DNA of 64,000 bases, from positions 47,312,401 through 47,376,400 of the forward strand of contig CM120641.1 of the NCBI GenBank assembly GCA_051362555.1, in the 5' to 3' direction. Origin of the DNA: Lingula anatina. Its lineage: Eukaryota > Animalia > Brachiopoda. A model generated the notes under the pieces. It did not search any database and was not told the origin of the DNA. It worked only from the letters and a program-made list of their open reading frames with translations. A program made the translations under genes and the position numbers. Below are positions 26,079-39,502 of the stretch, in pieces; within the stretch, counting starts at the first letter, position 1; the number at the start of each line of letters is the position of its first letter.

Positions 26079-28328
26079 AAAATTAACTCTATTATATGAC
26101 TGAAACGCGAAAAAAGAAGATAACAACCTTTCCAGATTTGGGTGTAGTCCCGCCCTTTGTTGTTTCTGGCTGCGTGACACCACCCCCCGTGCCGGAGGTG
26201 GTCATTTGGGCCGTGGGTGGTGGAGTCGGTGCTGCACTGCCGGTACTGTTGGACGGGGCGGAGCTAGGAGTTGTGGATGAAGCGCCCTGTGATGATGTTA
26301 ATGGCGGCACTGATGACGGAGCTGATGGTGGCGTTGATGACGGAGCTGATGGCGGCACTGATGACGGAGCTGGTGGTGGCGTTGATGACGGAGCTGATGG
26401 CGGCACTGATGACGGAGCTGATGGTGGCGTTGATGACGGAGCTGATGGCGGCACTGATGACGGAGCTGGTGGTGGCGTTGATGACGGAGCTGATGGCGGC
26501 ACTGATGACGGAGCTGATGGTGGCGTTGATGACGGAGCTGATGGCGGCACTGATGACGGAGCTGATGGTGGCGTTGATGACGGAGCTGATGGCGGCACTG
26601 ATGACGGAGCTGATGGTGGCGTTGATGACGGAGCTGGTGGCGGTGCCGATGACGGCGCTGTTGGCATTGCTGATGACGGCAATGACGATACAGTAGTCGA
26701 AATGGGTGTCAAAACTGAAGACGTAGGGAGTTGTGTCGTATTTGTTTCCACTGTATCAGTTGCCGAACTGCTTATCACAAGTGGAGATGCTGTTACCATT
26801 GTATTATTTGTAGTGTTTATCGCTAATGTTGCATTCTGGCAGTGTATTACTGTGAAAATATAAATCAACAATTCTGGTTAATAAAATCTGTAAGACGTTG
26901 GTTGGAATAGATAAATTGTGTTATTTTATAGGCCTATATTTTTAAATATTAAAATCATTGAGATGCGTTGTGTATCTTCTTTGACCTACATGATTGCAAC
27001 CACGCCGTTACTTTACTATCGATAAGAACCATGAAGTACACTTTTAATAACATCGTCAAGGTGGGGCTAATGGCACAAAATATAAAATAACATGAGCCTA
27101 GACTACATTTGCACCGTGCGCTTTAAAGCGTATTTTCTGTACGATTTATTTATTTATTTATATCGTAAGAAGCTACGGGCTACGGCAAGTACGTTTTCAT
27201 TAATTGCGGGTCCCGTGGTATTTCTATGACATGACCTTGAGAACACGTAGGGAAAAATCGGCGGTCGGTTGAACAGTGATCGCACGGAGCCTTCACAATT
27301 TCAGTTGAGTTGTTGCACGCCTTCAGTGAGGCTTCCTTGAAGGTCGACGCGTTTTTTGTACACCCCCTATTATTTTAAACACCCATGGAATCAGAGTACT
27401 CTCTGACCACAGGGTGCACTAGTAGTCTGTTACAAAAATTGCTGATAACGGTGTGATTTTGTATAGTATTTAAGTGGGGCTCTGATACCAGAGGGAAGGA
27501 TCAGAGTAAAGAAAAGCACAACTTCATGCAAAATTCATGCAAGTGAACTTTTCTAAGTTTTAAACTTCTTTGCTATTTTATCTTTACCTCCTAAAACCAT
27601 CAAAGGTGTAAGGGAAGAGACCAACAACAGGTTCAATCATTTACACGGTCACCGCAAGCCCACCGAACAATACCCGTGAGGGAACTGTGCGATTCCGTCT
27701 ACGATAATGCTACGGCATACGGGCTTACGAATTTTAAAATTTGTAAAAAGTTTAAGCTTTGCAAAATCGTAGAGGTTACGGATGACTTGAATCCGTTTGA
27801 TTTTGTTCGATTCCGCGCGGCCACCGCCCGCCTCTATACAGACGCCGCACGAAAAAGGATTACTGGCAGTATACGAGCACCGCAAAGACAAATGTAATCT
27901 AGGCTTAAGAATTTTATTCGGAGATAATCAGAAAATACTTAGAAGCAGTCATAATCTGATATTTTTGATATCCGTAAAAATAGGCCAAACATTTATCACA
28001 CTGTATAAAACTCATGTTTGTACAGAGATAAGTTACAAGACAGTTATATACCATTCAGTTTTTTTCAATCGACCCCCCCCCCAAGAAAAAAAGAAATGCC
28101 AAACTCATATTTGTTTTGTCTTTTTACTACAAAAAACTTGTTCATTGTGAAATCAATTATTTTCAGTACAGTTGCAAATTACATTAATTGCATGAAAACC
28201 ATTGCTTGTGTTTTATATACTTTGTAAAACACGTGTGTTATCTAAAATCCATTCCAGACCGTCTTACCTCCGAACAGTGCCACAAGGACGGTCAATGTCA
28301 CAGTTGTTCCCGTAGTCATGGTGACCAT
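25285..28328 (-). CDS. Mucin-repeat plus three-finger domain protein, predicted GPI-anchored, 379 aa (cluster gene B)
   Basis: Exons 28328-28268, 26849-26128, 25911-25831, 25560-25285 in frame: signal peptide MVTMTTGTTVTLTVLVALFGVIHC, Pro/Ser/Thr region, domain FTC...CSSDICW...CQCCCKESKCN...DEC, hydrophobic tail LSLHLIGFLSIVLLGKILI. Confidence 0.88.
26300..26660 (-). repeat. Coding tandem repeat, 24-bp subunits alternating in a 48-bp period (PSSTPPSA/PSSVPPSA)
   Basis: TGATGACGGAGCTG(A/G)TGG(T/C)GGC(GT/AC) repeated about 14 times inside the mucin exon of gene B. Confidence 0.93.
27095..27905. mobile_element. Non-autonomous DNA transposon (~810 bp) in intron 1 of gene B
   Basis: Terminal inverted repeats AGCCTAGACTACATTTG / CAAATGTAATCTAGGCT (16 of 17); second diverged copy at 16200-16596; no transposase ORF. 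Confidence 0.8.
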
Positions 28329-28880
28329 ACTTGACCTTATTTACCTGAAGAAGATATGATAAATACGTACAAGATTAAACTATCGGTTATCTGAGTTTTA
28401 GATATGAGAACTATAGATATGTTCTTTATGCATCTGCATGCAGCTCTTAGATTGCAAATCCCACATACTAGAAATTCGTGTATTTTCTTCAAACGAATCG
28501 TTGATACTTGTACAAAAATAAAATGAATTACAAAGGTATATAAAGTTACATGCACGAGTAGGTTCATTCAATAATGATTAATTTGTGACAATGATAAGAA
28601 AAATTAAAGTTGAAAATTTTTCAAAATTGTAAAAAGCAATATGATAAAAGCTTTTAAAACATCGCATAGTGTACTAGCATATCGAAAAGTATGACATTAG
28701 CCTTTGGAGTGTATGTAGACACATGTTAAATCTGTCTCACATTTACCTAGAGACAACTAGTATTGCTACTTTTTGATGACACAAATGAAGACGACGACTA
28801 CTTCAGCAAAGTAGGTAATTTTATGTTTTTTAGATGCTCTTCCCATATTGTTGTAGATCCATGAGTGAAATTCCTATCCC

Positions 28881-28882
<2 letters not shown>

Positions 28883-28957
<75 letters not shown>
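28883..28957. repeat. Compound (CT)n(CA)n microsatellite
   Basis: Direct reading; related TC/GA tracts at 19325-19362, 26041-26077, 33684-33743, 52969-53004 and 59868-59930. Confidence 0.9.
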
Positions 28958-28959
<2 letters not shown>

Positions 28960-29550
28960 TTATACTGAGCTCGTGAATCCGAAGTGACATGGCATACACA
29001 AATCTTGTTTTCTACCTCAGCATTGCTTAATCGATATTTTTTCCCGTGACATGCCATTGGCTGGTTCTCGTTATGTCAAGAGGGTATCCTTTATTTCTTT
29101 ACTGTATTTCCCTCTTATCTTATGCAAACAAAACCTTTAATATCAGGTAGTTAATCATGCTTTATGTTCACATTTTATGGAGTTTTGATTGAATCCGAAT
29201 AGATCTGCCAGACACACTCACTACAGCTAGAGGGCGGTGCGTGGTGTTTCCACAGTCTCACACGGGTAAGCCTTCCATTTGGTATAACGATGTGTGTCGT
29301 GTGTGTTAGCTTGCCTTCACTCAGGGACAACGCTTGTTTGACGCAATTTAATAAATAGCCACGGTTAAGTTTTCATAGATAAAAACATTAAAGGTATCAA
29401 GGTAAATGTTTTCTGATAGACTCTTCTTTAATAAAAAAAATCTGTGTGTTTACCTTCCGGAGACAAACGTATTAAATCATATCTTAATGGAACATTAATG
29501 TTGACAGCTTGAGAAGGCCGGCCGCCGAGGAAACGGCCCCTGTGAAAATA

Positions 29551-29781
29551 TGTCTCGTTTGACGCTAACTTACGGTTCTCAATCTGTCCTAGAACATGAT
29601 GTTTTTCTCTTTTAATGAAAAATGTTCTTTATCTGTTCTAGGACATTCTGAAGGACTTAAAGAAAAAAAAAAACAGTTCTCAAGCTGTTACATTCATTAC
29701 AGAACAACATTAGAACTGTAAAAAGATACACCAAATGTTCTAGAATAGATTGAGGAGTGTAAGTGAACGTTAAACGAGACA
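29551..29781. mobile_element. MITE with ~47-bp imperfect inverted arms
   Basis: TGTCTCGTTTGACGCTAACTTACGGTTCTCAATCTGTCCTAGAACAT pairs with ATGTTCTAGAATAGATTGAGGAGTGTAAGTGAACGTTAAACGAGACA. Confidence 0.8.
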
Positions 29782-31315
29782 ATGAGGGGGGGAGGGTCAA
29801 TAAAAAGCCACTAAATGTATGCTATCGACATTGGAATAAAATAAACATAAAAAAATACCAGAAATATAATTTGTCCATTGTATACCAGAGCAAGCCTCTA
29901 GATTGCGACATCTGCGAAGTTGCACAAACAACGTCTGATCTATCGTTTTTGTTTACATTAAGAAGTGTCAGAGATAGCGTTTAGTACCATCTAACAACGC
30001 CGACTGTGTGAGCGTGTTCTACCACACAGATTGCTACCTGCACATTGAAGTATTGTGTCAAGCAGTCATAGCTCTGATGTCTAATTTCTGGATTCTCATT
30101 TATTATATACTTCTGTTCAATTTCTTGATTCCTATGATTACGCGCGCTGGCTGCTGCAAAGTTCATTTATACAAAGTAGAAAATGAGCCGTATACAAGCG
30201 TATTAAAATATCACATGTGTACTTACTTCATGTATTAAGTAAGGTAACAATTATATGTAAGTGGTATTAATATGTCAAAGTATGCTATTCAGTATTATCC
30301 TTATTGTATACATGTATATAATACTACTCTTCGTAGATTAGTGGGCCAGCAAATGTCAAACCATGTTCACATTTGGTGCTCAATGAATATAACTATTTTA
30401 AAATTATAATATTACATGATTTAGATACACCATCCGATTAAGTACCCCACTCTTACAAAGAGGCCGATACTGAAGCTGTAGACAAAAATGAAGACATTTT
30501 GTTTCTTGTAAACTGACTTGAAACAATAATTTATAACATCAGTAGAACAATGAAGAAAGGCCACGACATCCCTTTTGTTAAAAAATATGAACGAACAATG
30601 ACCAAAATTCAGGAAATTCTAACATAGAAAAGTCACATTCTTCATATGACTATACATTCATTAAAGATGATAAGAATCCTTTAATTCCATTTTATCACCT
30701 CCCTTTTTTATTTTCATATTTGTTTTGCCTTTGACGTAATGTTATTGTACACAAACCGCTACCGTATGTACCATTTATTGCTGATATACTTGACTCAAGC
30801 GTGCAATAAAGACGTTTGCCACGACAACAAAAAATAGACAAACTAGTCGGATCCACCCACTGTAAAAATTGTGGCTCATCAGCCTTTTTCCTTCGCTAGA
30901 GATGACCCTATTCCCAGTGTTAAAGCGCATGCCACAGAATGCTGGCAGCGGTGTTATTTCATAAGGAAGTCCTTTTTGGGATACATTAACCCGAATCAAT
31001 ATCCACTTAGGACATGAAAACACTGACATCAAGGTTAACAAACGCATCTCATATATTATGATAGGAAGAAGCGCAAGAAAACAATTGTTCTTAATTAATT
31101 GAATCAAAATACAGAACATGTAGCCTGTAATTCAACCAAAGTAAAGCGACTTAAAATACTGACAACTGTCGTACTTAATATGAGTAACAATCCGTTTGTG
31201 ATTACTGAAATGAAAGAAAAAGAAAATGTTTTTATCTATTTATTTTTGTTTATTTTCCTTTTTATCCTTTTCGTGTGAGTGAAGATAAAACGTGTTCTAT
31301 GGCAAGCCTCAAATA

Positions 31316-31960
31316 TTAGCCAAAAGTAAAAGAAGAAAGTTTTTTCTGTCGAGTTTCATTTTCTAATATAATAAAAAAAAAAACACATTTCTTCGAACGT
31401 ATCTCTTCGAGAGATAATATGTGAACAACGAAAGTTAATCTTTTTGATATTAACCCAAGCTGTTTCAGCGTAATTATCCAAACAAAAGTAAAAGAACAGA
31501 GACACAGTTTTTTCTGTCGAGTTTCATTTTCAGTCAATTTTGATAGACTATATTTTAGTTTCTCCTGATTCTTCCAAACTTTTAAGTTAAATCAATGAGA
31601 CCTAAGAGAAATTAAAGATACTCAAGCACGAGGCACTACAGAAAACCTTGATTATCACTGAAAATCAAATTAAATGTTCCAGTAGATTATAAGCCAAATT
31701 TTGGGTTAAAACAAATAACAGGAACTACTTTTAATTATTTTTGATACACACTCCATAGCTAATTAAGTTTAAATTTTATCTATGTAGAGAACCTAATTTG
31801 AAATTTTTGATGAAAAGATTCTTTTCTTCAAATATTTCAAATTAGGTTCTATAAAAATTCTCATATAATAAAAAACATATTTCTTCGAACATATATCTTC
31901 GAAAGATATGTGAACAACGAAAGTTAATCTTTTTTATGTCAACCCAAGCTGTTTTCAGGG
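31316..31960. repeat. Local direct duplications and a 63-bp palindrome
   Basis: 31366-31470 resembles 31863-31960; 31320-31363 resembles 31480-31531; 31788-31850 (AGAACCTAATTTGAAAT...ATTTCAAATTAGGTTCT) is a near-perfect palindrome. Confidence 0.75.
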
Positions 31961-33683
31961 TGAATCTACGTAACGTTTATCATATGATAATAAGTGGTAA
32001 CTAAAAAACATCTTACCGAATTAATCCAGAATATACTCTTCTCGTGTCTTCTCTTTTGTTGTCAAAGCTGTATTAACGACAACCACCACAGCGTCTGATA
32101 CCAGTGTTTCCTGATAAACCTTGTTGCCATGGTGAAATCATAACTTTATCGTGTTGGCGAGAATCATAAGATATGACATGAGGGGGCACCTGCAGCGTGA
32201 CCAAGATGTCCAATATGACATGTCGGTATCTTAATGACCGTATTGAACATAGTATAAAGACTTTTCTTCATTGTTGATTTTTATTATTGTGTCCAATTTG
32301 TATGGGATATTAGATGAGATGAAATTGGACATTTAGAAAAGGGACATGTGCTTCCTTACAACGTCAGGCAGCACAGTTCAGTCCACATTTAATTTAAAGC
32401 TCAATTTCAAACCATGCAATGATTTCGTGCTGTCGAACGTTTAATAGTACTATGAATATCAATTTTAAAACATCGGTCTTATAATTCTAGTAGAAAATGA
32501 TGCATTTACTTAGCGGATAACCAAATAGGTTCTGGCACCTTCTACTATAGACAGAGAGTGCCCTCCTCGGGTTTTCCGTTCTCCGAACTAATCAAGTGTT
32601 CTTATACCAGTTGAAGAGTCACCACGCTGCGTAATAAAGATAAGATCTGTCGGACAGACAGCTGGCTGTTCAGTGGGTTTATATGGATTAGTTCACAGCA
32701 ACAAGGATGTACTTATGAGGGACTGCTTTTGGTTTCCAAAATAAACCGAAGATACGAATTTATTTTTTCATTATTTTATCTGAATATTTATCAAAAGATT
32801 ATCTCGATAGATCCAGAGTCCAGATCCGTATGCCCTCTTCGCTCCATGGAGGGAGCAGGGTGGGGGGGTGGGGATAACTTAGGGCCTGGATCCCAGGCTG
32901 ATCAAAAGCCTTGCATTGATAAACAAATGTCACACACGACATCATTATTTGGACATTTGGCATGATCAGTCACTGGGGTATGGGGGTTAGGGCGTGGGGT
33001 ACAAAAAGTAAAGTAAAATCTCTGATGTTTGTCCAGTGACAAATTGGTGATGTACATATTATTGGTATTGGAGCGATGATTTTGCCCCAAGTCCGGGTTC
33101 AAACAGGATGTCCCCGGTTTTGGTACAAATTGATGTCGATACTTCAAAATGTTTTTTTTATGTAGAGACGGATGCTTAAATGTCATAAAGAATAACAAGC
33201 TATATATCAGTTGATGTTTATTGCTCATTTATTGGCGCCATTTTGATATGCTTCAAAAGAACACACAAGACACTTTGCCTAAATTAGCTGAGGAACAAAC
33301 TTCATTTTTTATCGGGCCGTACTGTATACTAGTATATGTCACTCTATAAAAACAGAGACATAATGCTTAAAGGCAAACAGCAGAAACATTGCGACCTTCA
33401 TTCGTGACTTTTAGCCTGTGGTTCAATTGACTTCTATAAAAAAAACCGACACACCATGCCAGAATATGATAGCCTTGAAACTCTTTTGCTTAACTGTGAC
33501 ACAACCCATCCCATCTCTCCACTTGTAAAATACTAACTGAATGGATAATTGTTGTACTCTTTGACCGGGAGATAAAACTGTTGGTCAGGTGGGTTGCAGC
33601 TGCGATGTTAAAGCGGGTACAACTCGCTGCAATGATGTAACCACTGAGAGCGCAACTAACACAATGTCACGTCACTGTTGAAC

Positions 33684-33748
<65 letters not shown>

Positions 33749-34244
33749 GTCTTCTTGTACCTCCACAAACAATTTTGGTCCATCTCTTACTGAATGTTGG
33801 TTTCTGTGAGTTTTTTCTCCTGGATAATGCAATGCATATAAAGCAAATAAAGTCACAAGACTACACATGGTTTTGACACAGAGCTCACTATTCATCTTCT
33901 CTTCTGTCACGTCTGGTCACATATTTCTGTCTTGAAAAGACAACTGTATACATCAACATTAACTTAAATCATCAATATAGAAAATTAAGGTTAACGAACA
34001 ATGTTCTGTTTTATGTTCAATAATTTACATAGTTTAAAATTAACAAGCTATTTTCTTAACAGTATATGACATTCAGTTAATTTACCCATTCTTTACTAAG
34101 TATAAAAATACACTCATAAAATAATTGAAGAGAAGTGCCATACACATTACAGTGTATTTCTCCTACGGTCGTTATCTTACATGGATTCTTTTTATGCAGT
34201 CGGTTATCGGAGATGATCAAATCTATTTCCATGCTTGAAATAGC

Positions 34245-35310
34245 TTACACCTTGTTGATGGTTACCATGGCAACCAATATGGCCATCCACAGGCCAGGTT
34301 GCAAGAGGCCCATGTTCAAGGAAGACGTCGCTGAAGTTGGCGAGGGAGTCGGTGTGGAGACCGTCGAAGTGGTGTTTACTCCCAAGGCCGTTGCCCCTAC
34401 TGCTGTGACTGATCCATTAGCCGAAGTTGTGGCTGTTACAGCAAAATTGAGAAACCCGTAATTAGGTTGTAATCAAACGACCCCCTTATTAATACATGTA
34501 GAACCGGGGACGATTCGAACCGATGCAGCAAATTTTATTTATATTTTTATCTAAATGGCTTACTACTGGTTTAATCGGAAAAAAGGCAAAATAATGCTTC
34601 GTAATAGTTCATATCTTTCAAAGATATCTTACAAAAATGTCAAACTAATTGCTGGATTAAAGCTGGTCAACCATGCCAGTTTTCAAAGTAAAAATTTACT
34701 TGGTGAGAGTATTACGTGTTACATATCACTATCTCACACCAATTTTCAAAGTAGCAAAATAGGCAATAAACGCTTGGCTATCCTATACTTCTATGTGCAG
34801 AAGCGCGTGGGTGGTGAATTTAACAACAAAAAAGGTAGATTTGCTTTTAAAGTGCTCGTTTTTATGGTAATATTATTCAAATAACATTATAAAGGGATAA
34901 CAACCGTTCACTGGGGCCAAAAAAATGAATTTCCCATGGGTAAACGACGATTTCCCATACTTATCAAAAGTTAAAGAATCCGTTCCAACATACGAAGTTA
35001 GTCCCTGTTTTTAACAAAATATTGTTATTTATTTATTTATTTATTTATTTATATTTTTTTATGATCACTAATGATCTAAAATAACGCTAAAAAAAGCTTT
35101 TTTTGCCAATTTTATGTATGCCAAATATAAGGTATTGTAAAATTCACCAGCCCCTATACTGCATTGGCTAAAATAATTTTGTTAGACTTACCGACTGTTG
35201 ATATCGCAGCGGTTGAACTGGAAGCACTCTGGCTGAAGACGCTAACACATGCTAATACTAAAAACAGAAAAATCATCTTTACAATTTTATATTTTAATCT
35301 TTTTCATCAT

Positions 35311-35408
<98 letters not shown>

Positions 35409-35664
35409 GTTATTTATTTATTTATTTATTTATTGTCTTCCACATGCACTAGAAAATAATTTAGTAAAGCCGTTTGTCAATGCTTTGTTTGTTTCAAATA
35501 TTAAAAACAAAATTCACTTCGAAAGAATAGCATTTGAATTATCCCTTTATAACGTTTCATGATCATACCGTCACTAGATTTCAATCTAATTTAACGAAAA
35601 TTCCCCCTGTATCAAGTGTCCACTCACCTAAACAAAACAAGCTCACTGAACGAAGTCTTGCCAT
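34245..35664 (-). CDS. Small Ser/Thr-rich predicted GPI-anchored glycopeptide, 96 aa (cluster gene C)
   Basis: Exons 35664-35628, 35257-35192, 34432-34245 (two phase-1 introns, donors GTGAGT and GTAAGT): MARLRSVSLFCLVLACVSVFSQSASSSTAAISTVATTSANGSVTAVGATALGVNTTSTVSTPTPSPTSATSSLNMGLLQPGLWMAILVAMVTINKV. Not shown in the ORF track. Confidence 0.8.
35315..35403. repeat. (AT)n microsatellite
   Basis: Direct reading; another (AT)n at 38842-38893 and (AAAT)n at 47861-47911. Confidence 0.9.
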
Positions 35665-37339
35665 GATCAGTATCTTATCAGTATATCACCTCCAAGGATT
35701 TGGTCTTTCTGAGGATCTCGACTAAGAACAAATTTTGAGTTCAAACAGCTAAAACACAACAAAATAACAAATATGAAAATATATATATGTAAATGAAAAA
35801 AGTAAGGTGGGTTCCATTCTGTGGTCTCCGTGGATATTTGGCATGCTGTATACACATGCTGCTATCTCCTACCTACTTACTGGTAGTCTAGTTTTGTATC
35901 AACAAACACAAACCAAATGCTTGGGTTACCACATGTATTAAGTATGATTTCACTCCAGCCACCGTAAACCAGTGTTTAGCTTGATAATCCCGTAAATCTC
36001 AGGTCAGTCATTCAACAATCGCATCTTGCTTCGCAACTAAGGCATCAACAAAGTGATACTGCGTAAAGAAATGACTCTCAAGTCAACTCTGATATTTACC
36101 AGATGGATTTATCAGATATAAGGTCGGATTGCACTGTTATATTTAGTATCATATACTTGTACCGTGTGTAAGTCTTAATATAAGAAACAACCACTTCCAT
36201 TTTAATGGTTTTAAACAGGAAAAAGTTAAACTCCGTTTAAATGTTTTAGAATAGAAACATAAACCAATATCTACAAGAGATAAATCAAGTCTAGATTCAT
36301 AGTCAAGAAATATTTTACAACAAATTGTGTAGGTTTTTGCTACTATAAACATCATTACTGAGCGTATGTATCTTAGATTCACAAACCCAATTCTGAATTT
36401 TTTGACATTAAGTGGTACCATAAAATTTTCTATTGAAATATGTCAAAATTAGTGTGCTTTTCGTGGGCAAAGACAAAGACATGTAATTACACCAATTTAA
36501 TCGATAAATAACTGCGGTTGGTATAATTAAAATAAATAAGTCGATCGCACTCACCTGATGCCTAAGATTTCGGTTTTGATCACCAAGTGGCGTGGAAAGT
36601 AAAGTTTCTAAATTCTTGTGACAAAAATGCATTTAGTCATCATTTGTTTATAGGCAACACCAAAACATCCTGATAAAACAAGCTTATCAGCGTGGAGACG
36701 AACGCGGTGTGAACCAATCACGTACAGACTACGGGAACAGCTGAAATTGTTTACCAAGAAACAAAGAAATGTGTATGGAAAACACTTTCGCTGCCGCCGC
36801 CGCTGCGACTGATATGGCCGCGGGTGCTGCGTGATTCTTCTCTGCTTTGTTTTGGACCATAAAGAGATATCTAGTTTTGCAAAAGCCACAAGTTCAACTT
36901 TTGAAGTAGGGTTATTGATGATAGATTTTTAAATGTTCCACATAAAACTTCGTACTTAAAACGCGTTCATGCATCTTAAATGAGTATTTAATTTAGCTTT
37001 TCATTTGTTCCTTTCTCTTGGACATGTACTCGGCACTTGGACACGTCTTCTTCTAGTGGGTGTTGCTAATAGTTTATCAATACACATGGGTCTTAACATT
37101 TGCAGTCTCTCGGCAAACTATTTTTAAGTTGTTTCACTCTTTTGCTTAACGCCAAAAAAACAAAAAACAATATATATATACAGACTTGACATTTAATATG
37201 GAATATTTTTTTCGAAATAATTTTTTATCAGTTTTTTCCTATTTTGCTGACTGATAAATGAAAATAAGGATTAAAATCGTGTTTTAATAACTTTAAATTA
37301 TCTCTTTGATGTCATTGTGACATCAGTTTATTTATGGAA

Positions 37340-38555
37340 TTCGCCAGAGAAGCAAACAAAAACACATTGCCTACTCCATGTCATACGACAACCATTAAAA
37401 GAGATATTTTGGATCTCCATATTTTACAAATTATCGTATGTAAAAGGGTAATACGCTCCACAGAAGACCCTCATGTCAGTTGCTAGTCACAGTAATGGTC
37501 GTTGTAACGCCTGGCCTCTACGTGGCTGTTGCCAGCGCTCTCAAGCGGCAAGGCATTTCTTGGGGGTAGGTTTTTAGAGTTCAATCTGAATAGCATTCCA
37601 GGCAACGGTCTAAAATTGTCCAATCTGGTCCAGTTTTGTTGTAGGACATGTAGGCAGTTGATTGGTGAGTAATGGTCTACCGAAACATTGTGTATGTGGT
37701 TCAAATGTGGCGATTTTGATGACCAGGGTAGCTACTCATTCCCTTGGTTCTGTAAGTTATCTACTATTAAAAGTGTTCTGTGTGAACCTGCAACCTCATC
37801 GTGCAACCTAGAATTGTTCCTAAGGTGCCCCCTATCAAATGATAGACAAGTGGTTCCGAGATTATTCCTTTATTTGATCTGGTTCAGGTTTTCGTCGATG
37901 ACTACCATTGGTGTTTTGGCACCAATGTGGAATCTACTCCAAATACTGGCGCTGTCAATCACCCTTGTCACTTTAGACCCGGCATATGCTTCGTCGTAGG
38001 CCTCTTCTGGATATCTGTAAACTCTGTTTTGACTAATTGGGCGGTACAGGTGAGATCTGACCTCAATAAAGAAAGCCACGCAGTTTCATTGTTCTACCCA
38101 GAATCGTTCATGGCCCCCAATTCATTAGAGAAACAGACGACGATGTTTTGCTGTATACAGTGGGTACCTCGGAGGTCATTTGGTGTTCTTACCTGGTAAA
38201 ACCAGTTTGGTGTTCGCTAAGGGCTTTAAAAAACGCATTTTAGTGGCAATTTACCCCTCGTTCTGATCGGACTAAGTGTTTTTTGTTTAGTTGCAGCAGC
38301 GTATCCCGAAAGTCAGTTGGTCCTGTACCCTGTAGGTAAAATTGTGATACATTGGGGGTGTCCTCTGTGTAGGCACATCAGTCTGGGCATTACTCTATAA
38401 AACTGTGGGGACCGTTCCGTTTGGCGCTATGATCTGTCTGGTTATGTCTGTCTTTTTCGCGCCATTCTGCCTTAGATTAACACATGTGTAATGCACTACT
38501 TGACTCATCTTACGCACTGCAAAACTGACCGCTTGCATGCAAAATTTCAAATTTT
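37340..38555 (-). mobile_element. Decayed Tc1/mariner transposase relic
   Basis: Minus-strand fragments in the Tc1 order: KHRRLFL, VAFFIEVRSHL (cf. VLFSDESRFxL), RVYRYPEEAY, KTPMVVIDENLN, LPWSSKSPHLNHIHNV (cf. WPxxSPDLNPIEH); many stops and frameshifts. Confidence 0.8.
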
Positions 38556-38837
38556 TCTATGCAGTAGTTGCCGAAATATGGATACTTTTTTGACAGAACC
38601 AAGCTTTGCCTAAGCCAAGCTTTGATCAGCCCAAAGGAACACTACCCAATTAAATCACTGCACATTACATAATGTAGCAGAGCAATAGGCATGAAAGTCA
38701 GTTAATTGGTAGTGACACACCTGACTGCACACTTTTACATTCACAAATCTTATATGAGATCAGATTTTTTTTAAAAAAGAACTTATTTTTACCTAGGTAT
38801 ACCTTCGAAACTGAAATATTCCATATTAAATGTCAAG

Positions 38838-38897
<60 letters not shown>

Positions 38898-39502
38898 AGT
38901 TGTAATATTTTTTAATAAACTTGCATTCGCAAAAACTGAAACTGACTTTATGAAGATATATTCATTTTCAATATTAATAATTATTATTATTGTGACCTTC
39001 ATTCGTGACCTTGATCCAGTGACCTAGTTCAATCATAGAAAACATGACTAAAACATCTTTAAACAATCACCAAAGAAAATACAGTGACACAACACGCCAC
39101 TTACACGATTTCAAATTTTTGCAATGTAAACTTTGTTCAGAAAAACGAAATGCTTTCGGTGAAGTATTTAAGGAATATCCATCAAAACGTTTTCCTCTTG
39201 AACAGGTGACTTTCATTTAGGCACATCAGGCACAGTGACGTCCATGTTGGAAAGATTCACACGCAAAAATACACTCGTACTAACAGCTCAAGTTCACTGA
39301 ATCCGCATGCAACGCTTTTAGAAAACTTCGATTATGTACTTTTTAGTATTACGCTGATATGTAAAAAATAATTTTTCAGTAAAATCCATAATCACAGCGT
39401 TTGTTGATAAAGAAGACGATAAAAACAGTTTTTAAGTTCCATTTTACAATTATTACTTGTTTAGTTCTTGCAAATTGTAAATATCTACTAGTCAGAGCAT
39501 TC

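Noticed and set aside
26096-26863. Plus-strand ORFs with GADGGVDD and MALMTEL repeats
   Set aside because: Antisense shadows of the mucin repeat; the minus frame has splice sites and joins a signal peptide and a Cys domain.
32017-32110. Possible 5' UTR exon of gene B (GTAAGA donor on the minus strand)
   Set aside because: Gene B exon 1 has an acceptor near 28345, but nothing in the sequence links it to this donor.
34135-34461. 108-aa plus-strand ORF, and similar ones at 40580-40849 and 47344-47538
   Set aside because: Antisense to Ser/Thr-rich exons of genes C, D and E.
35164-35562. 132-aa ORF with IYIYIY run, and similar ORFs with LSLS, HTHT or CVCV runs
   Set aside because: Produced by microsatellites lacking stop codons; no coding evidence.
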